64,000 bases of DNA from Pseudomonadota bacterium. Its GTDB lineage: Bacteria > Pseudomonadota > Alphaproteobacteria > Caulobacterales > Caulobacteraceae. This document shows positions 36,744-47,139 of the stretch, in pieces. Positions within the stretch are counted from its first letter, which is position 1. Every line of letters begins with the position of its first letter. Both the position numbers and the translations under genes were made by a program. The notes beneath the pieces are model-generated. The model ran no database searches. It was given only the letters and a program-made list of their open reading frames with translations, and had not been told where the DNA came from. The stretch spans positions 6,018 through 70,017 of the forward strand of contig JAKAZA010000001.1 of the NCBI GenBank assembly GCA_021816155.1, written 5' to 3'.

Positions 36744-37280
36744 ATGAAGACCAAGGGCATCAACCATCTGGCCCTCGTGTGCCGCGATATGGCCGAGACC
36801 GTGGAATTCTACACCAAGGTGCTCGGCATGCCGCTGGTGAAGACCGTGGCCCTGCCGGATGGCGGGCAGCATTTCTTCTTCGACTGCGGCGGCGGCAGCC
36901 TGCTCGCCTTCTTCTGGTGGGAGAACGCCCCGGCCGCCGCGCCGGGCGTCGCCGCCGTAGAGGACTTCCCAAGGAAGCCGATGAGCGCGGTCGGCTCGAT
37001 GAACCACGTGGCGTTCGAGATGGACGAGGATCAGCTGGAAGCGAGCATCGAGGCGCTGAAGGCTGCCGGCGTACACGTCTCCGTGCCTGTCGTCGTGAAC
37101 CACGACGACAGCCCAGCTGGCGTCTCGCGCGACATGCACCCGGGGGTCTTCGTGCGCTCGGTCTACTTCACCGACCCCAACGGCATCATGCTCGAGTTCG
37201 CCTGCCTGACTCGCTCGCTCGGCCGGCCGGACGACGTGCGCCACGCCCCGGCGCGGGCCAAGGCGACGGTCCAAGCCTGA
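36744..37280 (+). CDS. VOC family protein, paralogue 2
   Basis: INHLALVCRDMAETVEFYTKVLGMPLVKT...GQHFFFDCGGG...SMNHVAFEM...VRSVYFTDPNGIMLEF. It clearly aligns with 32131..32703. Confidence 0.85.
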   Translation: MKTKGINHLALVCRDMAETVEFYTKVLGMPLVKTVALPDGGQHFFFDCGGGSLLAFFWWENAPAAAPGVAAVEDFPRKPMSAVGSMNHVAFEMDEDQLEASIEALKAAGVHVSVPVVVNHDDSPAGVSRDMHPGVFVRSVYFTDPNGIMLEFACLTRSLGRPDDVRHAPARAKATVQA

Positions 37281-37915
37281 TGCCGCGCCTCAGGGAGATC
37301 CCGCGCGCCGAGGTGACCTCGGAGACCGTGCTGCGCAGCTACAAGCTGCTGTTCGGCGACCGCGACCCGGTGAGCCAGCCCGGCACCGCCACCGGCACGC
37401 GCGGCGACTGGTGGACCGTGTTCGCCAATTCGCCGGACGTGTTCGACCACGCCGTACGCGGCTTCGCGCTCTACCGCGGAGAGCGTAAGCTCGACCCGGT
37501 GCTGCGCGAGCTCGGCCAGACCCGCGTCGGCTGGGCCAGGGGCAGCCAGTTCGTTTTCTCGCAGCACTGCAAGTCGCTGAGAGGGCTCGGCGTCTCGGAG
37601 GAGAAGATCGCGGCGGTGCCGAGCTGGCAGACGGCGGACTGCTTCTCGAAGGAGGAGCGCGCGGTGCTGGCCTACGCCGACTGTCTCGCACTGGCCGGCG
37701 GGCGCACGCCCGACGGTGTGTTCCAGGCGCTCAAGGCGTTTCTGTCAGACGAGCAGATCCTGGAGCTCACCTACATCACCTGCCTCTACGACATGCACGC
37801 GGTGATGGTGCGGGCGCTGCGCCTGGAGTTCGACGATCGCGACGATCCGATCGTGGAGGTGGCCGCGCCGGAGGACTTCAAGGCTCGCGACTTCCTCGAC
37901 ACCGGGCGGCGCTGA
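37280..37915 (+). CDS. Carboxymuconolactone decarboxylase (AhpD-like) family protein
   Basis: MPRLREIPRAEVTSETVL...FVFSQHCKSLRGLGVSEEKIAAV...FSKEERAVLAYADCL. ATG 37280 overlaps the VOC stop (TGATG). Confidence 0.75.
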   Translation: MPRLREIPRAEVTSETVLRSYKLLFGDRDPVSQPGTATGTRGDWWTVFANSPDVFDHAVRGFALYRGERKLDPVLRELGQTRVGWARGSQFVFSQHCKSLRGLGVSEEKIAAVPSWQTADCFSKEERAVLAYADCLALAGGRTPDGVFQALKAFLSDEQILELTYITCLYDMHAVMVRALRLEFDDRDDPIVEVAAPEDFKARDFLDTGRR

Positions 37916-37958
37916 ACAGGGCCCGGGCCTTCTCGTCCGCGCCGCCGTGTGAAATCAT

Positions 37959-38942
37959 TTGCGCGTCCCGACGGGGGTGCGTCGATTGGCTAATGTCTTC
38001 ATAAGCTATGCGCGGCGTGACAAGGCCCGAGTAGCCCAGCTGACTGCCGCGCTCGAGAACGAGGGCCTTTCGGTCTGGTGGGACAGCGAGCTCGTGCCGG
38101 GCCGGCGCTATCGTGAGGTGATCGACGAGCAGCTCTCGCAGGCCGACTGCATCCTTGTGGTCTGGACCGCCGCCGCGCTCGAGAGCGACTGGGTGCAGGA
38201 CGAGGCGGAGGAGGGTCGGCAGCGAGGCGTGTTGATCCCGGTGGTGCTTGAGCCGGTGCGGCCGCCGGCCGGGTTCCGTCAGGTGCAGGCAGCCGACCTC
38301 AGCCAATGGACCGGTAGCCCGCAGCATCCCGAGTTCCGCTCGCTGGTCTTCGCCGTGCGCAGCCTCGTGCAGATCGCCCGCGCCGCCCGCCGCGTCGACC
38401 CGTCCGTTCCGGGCGAGCCCGTCGCGCGAGCGGCCGACGGTCCCCCTCCTCCTGCGCCGGACCCGGTTCCAGCGCCCGCGCCTTCGGCCGCCGCAATCGT
38501 TCCGCAGGAGCGCCGCTCCTCGGCCTCGACGACCGTTCCGGGCGTCTTCGCAGCCACCGCCTTCTCATGGCTATGGTGGGCCGGGGCGACGTTTTACGCG
38601 GTCGTCGCGGTCACCCTGCTGAATGCCGCCGACGGATCTTCAGAGATCTGGCCTTACGTGCTGGCGCTGCCGCCCGCGTTCGCCTGCGCCGTAGCGCTCG
38701 TTTGTCGCCGGGCTGCGCTGGAGGCCAAGGCGCGGGTCTGGGTGGCCTTGGCCAGTCTCGCCGGCGGCGGGCTGGTAGCCCTCTTCGCCTTGTGGAGGAT
38801 GGAGTCGGGCAGCCTGGTCGAGATGACCGCCGTCATCAGCGTGTTGGCGATCGCGGGGATGGGGTTGGCCTTCGCGTTCGCCACGCCCGGCGCGCTTGCG
38901 CTGAAGCGGGTCCGTTCGTCGCCTGCGCGGCGCGCGACGTGA
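37959..38942 (+). CDS. TIR-domain protein with a C-terminal four-helix transmembrane module
   Basis: TIR_2-like N-terminus VFISYARRDKARVAQLTAALENEGLSVWWDSELVPGRRYREVIDEQLSQADCILVVWTAAALESDWVQDEAEEG. Pro-rich linker GPPPPAPDPVPAPAPS. About four hydrophobic helices between aa 195 and 314. The start may be GTG 37977 or TTG 37986 instead of TTG 37959. Confidence 0.8.
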   Translation: MRVPTGVRRLANVFISYARRDKARVAQLTAALENEGLSVWWDSELVPGRRYREVIDEQLSQADCILVVWTAAALESDWVQDEAEEGRQRGVLIPVVLEPVRPPAGFRQVQAADLSQWTGSPQHPEFRSLVFAVRSLVQIARAARRVDPSVPGEPVARAADGPPPPAPDPVPAPAPSAAAIVPQERRSSASTTVPGVFAATAFSWLWWAGATFYAVVAVTLLNAADGSSEIWPYVLALPPAFACAVALVCRRAALEAKARVWVALASLAGGGLVALFALWRMESGSLVEMTAVISVLAIAGMGLAFAFATPGALALKRVRSSPARRAT

Positions 38943-39011
38943 GCCGAACCGCTCCCGCCGCCCGCGGCGAGGTGCTAGGAGCGTCGCCAATCAACGTGAG
39001 GGAGTGAGCCC

Positions 39012-40958
<1,947 letters not shown>

Positions 40959-40968
40959 CCGCCGGCGT

Positions 40969-41502
40969 TCAGAATCCGGCGCCGATCCGGCCGAGGCGCT
41001 CGCGCATCTGTTTCAGCCGCCGGTCGATCTCGGCCATGGTGCGGTTGAGCGCCCCTTCGTCGTCGCGCCAGACCTGCACGGCGCGCGCCCAGACGAGGGT
41101 CATGGCGGCCAGCCGCGGCGCGGTGGCCGGCACGCCCGCGGCTTCCAGGATCGCGCGGGCGGTGAGGGGCAGGTGCGCGGCGAGCGCAATGCGGCTTTCA
41201 CCCTTCGCCATCGAGAGCAGCGCGGCGCGGTTCGGCTCCATCGCCTCGATCCGGGCCATCGCGGCGTCGAAAAGGCGGTCGTGGACGTCGTCCGACGGAG
41301 TGGCCGCGGTGGCGAGCGCTGCCTGGTCCAGCTGCCGGGACAGCGCCAGCGTGAGCATCGGCTTGCCGGGCGTCTCGGCGTAGAGCTGGGCGAAATCGAC
41401 GCCGGCGCGCTCGGCGATCTGGCGCAGCGACACCTCGCGCCAGGGCCGTTCCGCCGCCAGGGCCAGGGCCGCGTCCACGGCCTTATCTAGAGTCTCGCTC
41501 AT
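40969..41502 (-). CDS. TetR-fold regulator-like protein
   Basis: N-terminal HTH-like VSLRQIAERAGVDFAQLY followed by an all-helical body. The family assignment is tentative. Confidence 0.55.
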   Translation of the reverse strand: MSETLDKAVDAALALAAERPWREVSLRQIAERAGVDFAQLYAETPGKPMLTLALSRQLDQAALATAATPSDDVHDRLFDAAMARIEAMEPNRAALLSMAKGESRIALAAHLPLTARAILEAAGVPATAPRLAAMTLVWARAVQVWRDDEGALNRTMAEIDRRLKQMRERLGRIGAGF

Positions 41503-41542
41503 GCGACGGCATTTGGCGGCGGGGACGCCGCGCGTAAAGCCC

Positions 41543-42331
41543 TCAGCGTCCCAGCTCTCTCGAGCGGCGCTCCGCAGCCGCCGCGGCGTCGCGCAGCAGC
41601 GGGCCGAGGCCGGCCGCGCCCATCAGCACCTTCAGCGCCGCTTCCGTAGTGCCCCCGGGCGAGGTGACCTGGCGGCGCAGCTCGGCGGCGTCGGCGCCGG
41701 TGCTGGCCATCAGCGCCGCGGCGCCGGCTGTGGTGGCGCGGGCTAGATCGCGCGCCACCGCCGGGCCGAGGCCCAGCGCCACGCCGGCCGCCTCGAGCGC
41801 CTCGACGAAGGCGTAGAGGTAGGCGGGCGCGGAGCCGGAGACGGCGGTGGCGGCGTGCATCAGGTCTTCGTCGTCGAGGTCGACGACCGTCCCGACCGGC
41901 TCGAACAGCGCGTGCGCCCGCGCCCGCGCCACGGCGTCGGCGGCGTAGACCGAGGCGACGCCGTGGCCGATCCGGGCCGCTGTGGTCGGCATCACGCGAG
42001 CCACCCGGCGGCCGCCGTACGCCATTGCGATGTCCGCGGAGGCCACGCCGGCAGCGACCGAGACGATCACGGCGTCGTCGGCCAGAAGCGGCGCCAGCTC
42101 GGCCGCGACCTCGCGCCAGATCTGTGGCTTCATCGCCAGCGCCACGGTGCGCGCGGCGCCGATCGCCGCGTCGTCCGGGTTCAGGCGCGCGCCGGAGGAT
42201 GCGACATCGGGATTCGGCGCCGGCTCACGGATCATCACCTCGGAGATCGGGAACGCGCCGGCGCGGCGCCAGCCCGCCAACAGCGCTCCGCCCATGCTCC
42301 CTGCGGAGACGAGCAGGATCGGCGTCGTCAT
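41543..42331 (-). CDS. proC: Pyrroline-5-carboxylate reductase
   Basis: Rossmann N-terminus and C-terminal VTSPGGTTEAALKVL motif. Confidence 0.9.
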   Translation of the reverse strand: MTTPILLVSAGSMGGALLAGWRRAGAFPISEVMIREPAPNPDVASSGARLNPDDAAIGAARTVALAMKPQIWREVAAELAPLLADDAVIVSVAAGVASADIAMAYGGRRVARVMPTTAARIGHGVASVYAADAVARARAHALFEPVGTVVDLDDEDLMHAATAVSGSAPAYLYAFVEALEAAGVALGLGPAVARDLARATTAGAAALMASTGADAAELRRQVTSPGGTTEAALKVLMGAAGLGPLLRDAAAAAERRSRELGR

Positions 42332-42340
42332 CGTGGGCCT

Positions 42341-42850
42341 TCAGGCCTGGCCGACGGTCTCGAACATGCAAGCCGCGATCGCGTCCTCGGGCGACTTCCC
42401 AGCCGTCAGCAGGAAGTCGAACGCCGGGTAGAAGCGGTCGGCCGCCTCCATCGCCGCGTCGATCATCGAGGCTGCCTGGGCCAGCGTCGGGCGTTCGCCC
42501 TCGGGCAGCGCCATGGCGTGGCGGAAGACGATCTCGCCGTCGTCGCTCCACACCTCGAAGTGGCCGACCCAGACGCGCTGGTTGACCAGGTTCGCCAGCT
42601 CGCAGGCGCCGGCGCGCTGGTCCTTGGCGGCGCGGCGGTCGATCGAGAGGCACAGCTGCAGGCAGTCGGCCTCGGGACGCCAGGCGAACCAGAGTTCGTA
42701 GTCTCTCCAGTCGCCGGCCAGCGTGAACGCTAGGTCGCCGTCCTCCGTGCGATCGAAGGTGAGGTTCTCGGCGTTGAGCACGCGCTCGACGACGTCCAGC
42801 GGATCGAGGGCGATCATCACGTCGTCTTCTTCCGGGTGCGGGGTGTCCAT
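42341..42850 (-). CDS. YbjN domain-containing protein
   Basis: LDVVERVLNAENLTFDRTEDGDLAFTLAGDWRDYELWFAW...FEVWSDDGEIVFRH. Adjacent to proC, as is usual in Alphaproteobacteria. Start trimmed to ATG 42850. Confidence 0.8.
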   Translation of the reverse strand: MDTPHPEEDDVMIALDPLDVVERVLNAENLTFDRTEDGDLAFTLAGDWRDYELWFAWRPEADCLQLCLSIDRRAAKDQRAGACELANLVNQRVWVGHFEVWSDDGEIVFRHAMALPEGERPTLAQAASMIDAAMEAADRFYPAFDFLLTAGKSPEDAIAACMFETVGQA

Positions 42851-42969
42851 GGGACCTCGATGATCAAGGCGTCCAGGCGCGGGCGAGGCGCCGACGCCGG
42901 AGGACGAGCCTAGTCTGCTTCGCGGCCGCCGTCTCAAGCCGCTTCGCGCCGGGCGCGAACAAGATGGGA

Positions 42970-43197
42970 TCAGTTCCCGACCTTCGGGCGGAGAGTGGCG
43001 ACCTCCGCCCGCAGCGCCGCTACCTCCGACTTCAGCGCCTCGAACTCGTCTCTGCGGACGAGATCCATGTCGGCGGCCACGCGGTCGACGCCTGAGCGGA
43101 GCGCGGCTTTGGCCTCGTCGCCAGCCGCCTGGGCGAGGCCCGCGGCGGCGCTGGCGAGTTTGGCCATCTCGTCGAGGAACGGATTTTGGCTCTGCAT
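42970..43197 (-). CDS. ubiK: Accessory factor UbiK-family (BMFP) protein
   Basis: 75 aa: MQSQNPFLDEMAKLAS...DLVRRDEFEALKSEVAALRAEVATL. The rest of the 335-aa track ORF is antisense to lgt. Confidence 0.8.
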   Translation of the reverse strand: MQSQNPFLDEMAKLASAAAGLAQAAGDEAKAALRSGVDRVAADMDLVRRDEFEALKSEVAALRAEVATLRPKVGN

Positions 43198-43254
43198 GAG
43201 CCCCCTATATGGGAAACGGCAGGTGAAAGCGAAGAACTTGTCGGCTAGAGGGCG

Positions 43255-44205
43255 ATGACTCGCCGCGGCGGGCCCATTTCGGAGGCAACAGGCGTGGCCT
43301 TGCAGTTCCCGGACTTCAACCCGGTGGCGATCCCGCTCCCGGCGATCCACCTGGGTTCGCTGACGCTGGGGCCGTTCGCCATTCGCTGGTACGCTCTGGC
43401 CTACATCGCCGGCATCCTGCTGGGCTGGCGATACGGCGTCGCACTGGTGAGAAACCAGAAACTCTGGGGGTCCAGGGCGCCGACAGCCACGCCGCTGCAG
43501 GTCGATGACCTGATCCTCTGGGTCACGATCGGCATCATCCTGGGCGGGCGGATCGGCTACATCCTGTTCTACATGCTGGTCAACGACGCCCAGCGAGCCG
43601 ACCTTTTCGCCCACCCCTGGGAGGCGTTCGAGGTCTGGAATGGCGGCATGAGCTTCCACGGAGGGTTCCTGGGAGTGGCGATCGCCATCATCATCTTCGC
43701 GCGGGTCAATCGCATCGATCTGCTGCGGCTCGCCGACCTGGCGGCCCCGTGCGAGCCGATCGGCCACTTCTTCGTCCGCATCGCCAACTTCGTGAACGGC
43801 GAACTCTGGGGGCGGCCTACCAGCGTCCCGTGGGCCATGATCTTCTGCAACTCGCGCATCGAGGACGCCAATGGAGGCGTCTGCCCGGCCGGGCTGACGC
43901 CCCGGCATCCCAGCCAGCTTTACGAGGCGGCGCTCGAGGGCCTCGTGATGTTCATCGTGCTGCGCTGGGCGACGCACCGCGCGAAGTGGCTGCAGAAGCG
44001 CGGCGCGATCCTCGGTCTCTGGCTCACCGGCTACGGCGTATCGCGCACGATCCTGGAGACGGTGCGCAATCCCGACGAAGGGATGCCCAACTTTCCCTTC
44101 GGGCTCACCATGGGCATGATCCTGTCGATCCCGATGATCGTCGCCGGCGTCTGGCTGCTCTGGCGCGCCTTCCGCGAACCCCCGGGGCAGCCGCAGCCGT
44201 CATGA
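43255..44205 (+). CDS. lgt: Prolipoprotein diacylglyceryl transferase
   Basis: IRWYALAYIAGILLGW, GGRIGYILFY, GGMSFHGGFLG, RHPSQLYEAALEG. The start may be slightly later. Confidence 0.9.
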   Translation: MTRRGGPISEATGVALQFPDFNPVAIPLPAIHLGSLTLGPFAIRWYALAYIAGILLGWRYGVALVRNQKLWGSRAPTATPLQVDDLILWVTIGIILGGRIGYILFYMLVNDAQRADLFAHPWEAFEVWNGGMSFHGGFLGVAIAIIIFARVNRIDLLRLADLAAPCEPIGHFFVRIANFVNGELWGRPTSVPWAMIFCNSRIEDANGGVCPAGLTPRHPSQLYEAALEGLVMFIVLRWATHRAKWLQKRGAILGLWLTGYGVSRTILETVRNPDEGMPNFPFGLTMGMILSIPMIVAGVWLLWRAFREPPGQPQPS

Positions 44206-45281
44206 GCCTCTGCGACCGTCCCGACGCCGGGGGCCTCGTCCGGCGGATCGCCGCGGAAATCGCCGTGTCGGGGCCGATCAGCGTCGCGGAGTACATGGCG
44301 AGGCGGCTGCACGATCCCGAGGACGGGTACTACGCCACGCGGCCAGCGCTCGGCGAACGGGGCGATTTCATCACCGCGCCGCTCGTCTCGCAGATGTTTG
44401 GCGAGCTGATCGGACTCTGGCTCGCGGAGACCTGGCGGGGTCTGGGCGCGCCCGACCGCGTGATCCTCGCCGAGGTGGGACCGGGCGACGGCGCCCTGAT
44501 GGCTGACATCCTGCGCGCCGCGAGGGTCGCGCCGCCGTTCGCCGCGGCCGCGGAGGTATGGCTGGTCGAGACCTCCGGGCCGCTCAGGGCCTTGCAGGCC
44601 GAGCGCCTCGCCCGCGCCTCCCCGCGCTGGGCCGCCACGCTCACCGAGCTGCCGGCGGACGCGCCGCTGCTCCTCGTCGCCAACGAGCTGCTCGACTGCC
44701 TGCCGGCGCGCCAGTTTCTCAGGACCGAGCGCGGCTGGGCGGAGCGCGTGGTCGGCCTGGATCCGGGAGGTGCGCTTGCGTTCGGTCTGCGCCCCGCCGG
44801 GCCGGCAGGCATCGACGCGCCACTGGGCGCGATCATCGAAATCGCGGCCGCGCAGAGCGGTTTCGCGGCCGAACTGGCGCAGCGGCTGACGCGCCAGGAA
44901 GGCGCGGCGCTGCTGGTCGACTACGGGCGCTCTGCGCCGGATTTCGGCGACACGCTGCAGGCCGTCTGGCGCCATCGGAAGGTCTGTCCGCTGAGCGCCC
45001 CCGACGGCGCGGACCTCACCATGCACGCCGACTTTCCAGCGGTGCTCGAGGCGGCGCGCGCGGCCGGCGCAGCGGCGTCGCTCGTCACACAGCGGGAGCT
45101 GCTCCTGAGGCTCGGGATCGAGGCGCGCGCCGCGGCGCTGGCCCGCGCCCGGCCCGACCGCGCCGGGCAGGTCCGGCGCCAGCTCGATCGCCTGATCGCG
45201 CCCGACCAGATGGGCGAGCTGTTCAAGGCCGCCGCGATTTGGGTCGGCGCGACGCCCCCCGCGTTCGAGGCTGGCGAATGA
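44202..45281 (+). CDS. Class I SAM-dependent methyltransferase, NDUFAF7/MidA (DUF185) family
   Basis: GPISVAEYMARRLHDPEDGYYATR...GDFITAPLVSQMFGELIG...LLLVANELLDCLP. ATGA overlap with lgt. Confidence 0.85.
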   Translation: MSLCDRPDAGGLVRRIAAEIAVSGPISVAEYMARRLHDPEDGYYATRPALGERGDFITAPLVSQMFGELIGLWLAETWRGLGAPDRVILAEVGPGDGALMADILRAARVAPPFAAAAEVWLVETSGPLRALQAERLARASPRWAATLTELPADAPLLLVANELLDCLPARQFLRTERGWAERVVGLDPGGALAFGLRPAGPAGIDAPLGAIIEIAAAQSGFAAELAQRLTRQEGAALLVDYGRSAPDFGDTLQAVWRHRKVCPLSAPDGADLTMHADFPAVLEAARAAGAAASLVTQRELLLRLGIEARAAALARARPDRAGQVRRQLDRLIAPDQMGELFKAAAIWVGATPPAFEAGE

Positions 45282-46060
45282 GCGATGTGCCCGCCCTGAC
45301 CTCGCCGCTCCTCGACGCACTGCCCGGCGTGCGGCATGCCTTCTTCACGCGCCAGGGCGGCGTCTCGACCGGGCTCTTCGCGAGCCTCAACGTCGGTCGC
45401 GGATCGAGCGACGAGGAGCCGAGCGTGAGCGAGAATCGGCGCCGCGCGGCGGCACACTTCGGTCAGGGCCCCGAGGCGCTGGCGATCTGCTATCAGGTCC
45501 ACTCGCCGCGGGTGGTCGTCGCCGAGGGCTGCGCGCTGGGCGACGTGCGGCCCGAGGCGGACGGGGTGGCGACGGGCGCCGCGGGCGTCATCTGCGGGGC
45601 GCTCGCCGCCGATTGCGCGCCGGTGCTCATCGCCGACGCCGAGGCGCGGGTCGTGGCCGCGGTCCACGCTGGCTGGCGGGGCGCGCTGGCGGGCGTCGTC
45701 GAGGCGGGCGTCGCGGCGATGACGCGCCTGGGCGGCGAACCGGCGCGGATGGTCGCCGCGGTCGGCCCCTGCATCGGGCCCACGTCGTACGAGGTCGGTC
45801 TGGAGTTCGAGGGCCGCTTCCTGGAAGCCGATCAGGCCAACGCGCGGTTCTTCGCCCCGGGGGTGAGAGAGGCCAAGCGGTTCTTCGATCTGCCCGGCTT
45901 CGTGCTCGGCCGCCTCGCCGCCGCGGGAGTCGCCCGCGCCGAGTGGATTGGGCGGGACACCGTCTCCGAGGAAGAATGGTTCTTTTCGAACCGTCGCGCG
46001 GTGCTTCGCGGAGAGAGCGATTACGGCCGGCTGCTGTCGGCGATCTGCCTCACTCCCTGA
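45278..46060 (+). CDS. pgeF: Peptidoglycan editing factor PgeF (YfiH/DUF152, laccase-domain protein)
   Basis: VRHAFFTRQGGVS...QVHS...ADCAPVL...HAGWRG...GPCIGP...SYRR-type C-terminus. ATGA overlap with the methyltransferase gene. Confidence 0.85.
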   Translation: MSDVPALTSPLLDALPGVRHAFFTRQGGVSTGLFASLNVGRGSSDEEPSVSENRRRAAAHFGQGPEALAICYQVHSPRVVVAEGCALGDVRPEADGVATGAAGVICGALAADCAPVLIADAEARVVAAVHAGWRGALAGVVEAGVAAMTRLGGEPARMVAAVGPCIGPTSYEVGLEFEGRFLEADQANARFFAPGVREAKRFFDLPGFVLGRLAAAGVARAEWIGRDTVSEEEWFFSNRRAVLRGESDYGRLLSAICLTP

Positions 46061-46067
46061 GCCGGCC

Positions 46068-46095
46068 TTGCCCCGCGCCCTGGCGCTGCTAGAAG
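46068..46095 (+). promoter_or_regulatory. Candidate Caulobacter-type housekeeping promoter for prs: TTGCCCC-N13-GCTAGAAG
   Basis: Compared with my recollection of the Caulobacter sigma-73 consensus TTGaCgS-N10-14-GCtANAWC: -35 at 46068-46074 and -10 at 46088-46095, 38 nt before the prs ATG. Confidence 0.35.
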
Positions 46096-46132
46096 CCGGC
46101 GCGGGGACGGACATCCGAGGGCGGTCGATCCG

Positions 46133-47068
46133 ATGAAGCTGCTGGCCGGCAATTCCAATCCGCGCCTCGCGCAGGCGATCGCTCACGTGCTCGACGCGCC
46201 GCTGACCCGTGCGAACATACGCCGGTTCGCCGACAACGAGGTCTTCGTCGTCATCGAGGAGAACGTGCGCGGCGAGGATGTGTTCGTCATCCAGTCGACG
46301 AGCTATCCGGCCAACGACAACCTGATGGAGCTGCTGATCTGCATCGACGCCCTCACCCGGGCGTCCGCGCGGCGGATCACTGCGGTGATGCCCTACTTCG
46401 GCTACGCCCGACAGGACCGAAAGACCGGCGGCCGCACGCCCATCTCGGCCAAGCTGGTGGCCAATCTCATCACTCGCGCCGGCGCCGACCGGGTGCTGAC
46501 GATGGACATGCATTCAGGCCAGATCCAGGGGTTCTTCGACATCCCGACGGACAACCTCCTGCCCACGCCGCTGATCGACGCCGACATCCGTCGCGGCGCC
46601 CGAAAGGTGGGCGAGCTCATGATCGTCTCCCCCGACGTAGGCGGCGTGGTGCGGGCGCGCACTCTGGCCGAGCGCCTCGACGCCGACCTCGCCATCGTGG
46701 ACAAGAAGCGCTCGGGTCCCGGCGTCTCCGAGGTGATGAACATCATCGGCGATGTGAAGGACCGCCGCTGCGTCCTTTTCGACGACATCGTCGATTCCGC
46801 CGGCACGCTCTGCAACGCCGCCGCGGCGCTGAAAGAGGCGGGGGCGGCGAGCGTGTCGGCCTACGTCACCCATGGCGTGCTGTCCGGCGCGGCGGTGGAG
46901 CGGGTGACCAACTCGGTGCTGGCCGAACTCGTCACCACCGATTCCATCGAGGCTACGGATCATGTGGCGGGCTCGTCCAAGATCCGCCAGGTCACCTGCG
47001 CCAACCTGATCGGCGAGGCCATCCGTCGCATCGCCAACGAAGAGTCCGTCTCCAAACTCTTCGACTGA
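46133..47068 (+). CDS. prs: Ribose-phosphate pyrophosphokinase
   Basis: [17 protein letters not shown]..., [26 protein letters not shown]. Confidence 0.95.
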   Translation: MKLLAGNSNPRLAQAIAHVLDAPLTRANIRRFADNEVFVVIEENVRGEDVFVIQSTSYPANDNLMELLICIDALTRASARRITAVMPYFGYARQDRKTGGRTPISAKLVANLITRAGADRVLTMDMHSGQIQGFFDIPTDNLLPTPLIDADIRRGARKVGELMIVSPDVGGVVRARTLAERLDADLAIVDKKRSGPGVSEVMNIIGDVKDRRCVLFDDIVDSAGTLCNAAAALKEAGAASVSAYVTHGVLSGAAVERVTNSVLAELVTTDSIEATDHVAGSSKIRQVTCANLIGEAIRRIANEESVSKLFD

Positions 47069-47139
47069 GCCGGCGCCTGCCGAAGCGGCGCCGCGTGCTA
47101 GAACCGCTCGCGCGAGTCGCGAGGTCAGGAGGCCGATAA

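Noticed and set aside
36630-37274. N-terminal 215-codon extension of the aldo/keto reductase ORF
   Set aside because: The extension is antisense to the well-supported VOC gene and is Arg/Gly/His/Asp-rich. The AKR fold starts at MEKRNLG (ATG 36629).
43198-43977. Upstream 260 codons of the 335-aa ORF containing ubiK
   Set aside because: This part is antisense to lgt. Only the last 75 codons look like a UbiK/BMFP protein.
44921-46513. 530-aa minus-strand ORF (likewise 49805-51610, 601 aa)
   Set aside because: They are antisense to pgeF/prs and to the PLDc_N-TPR gene/ychF respectively, with shadow composition.
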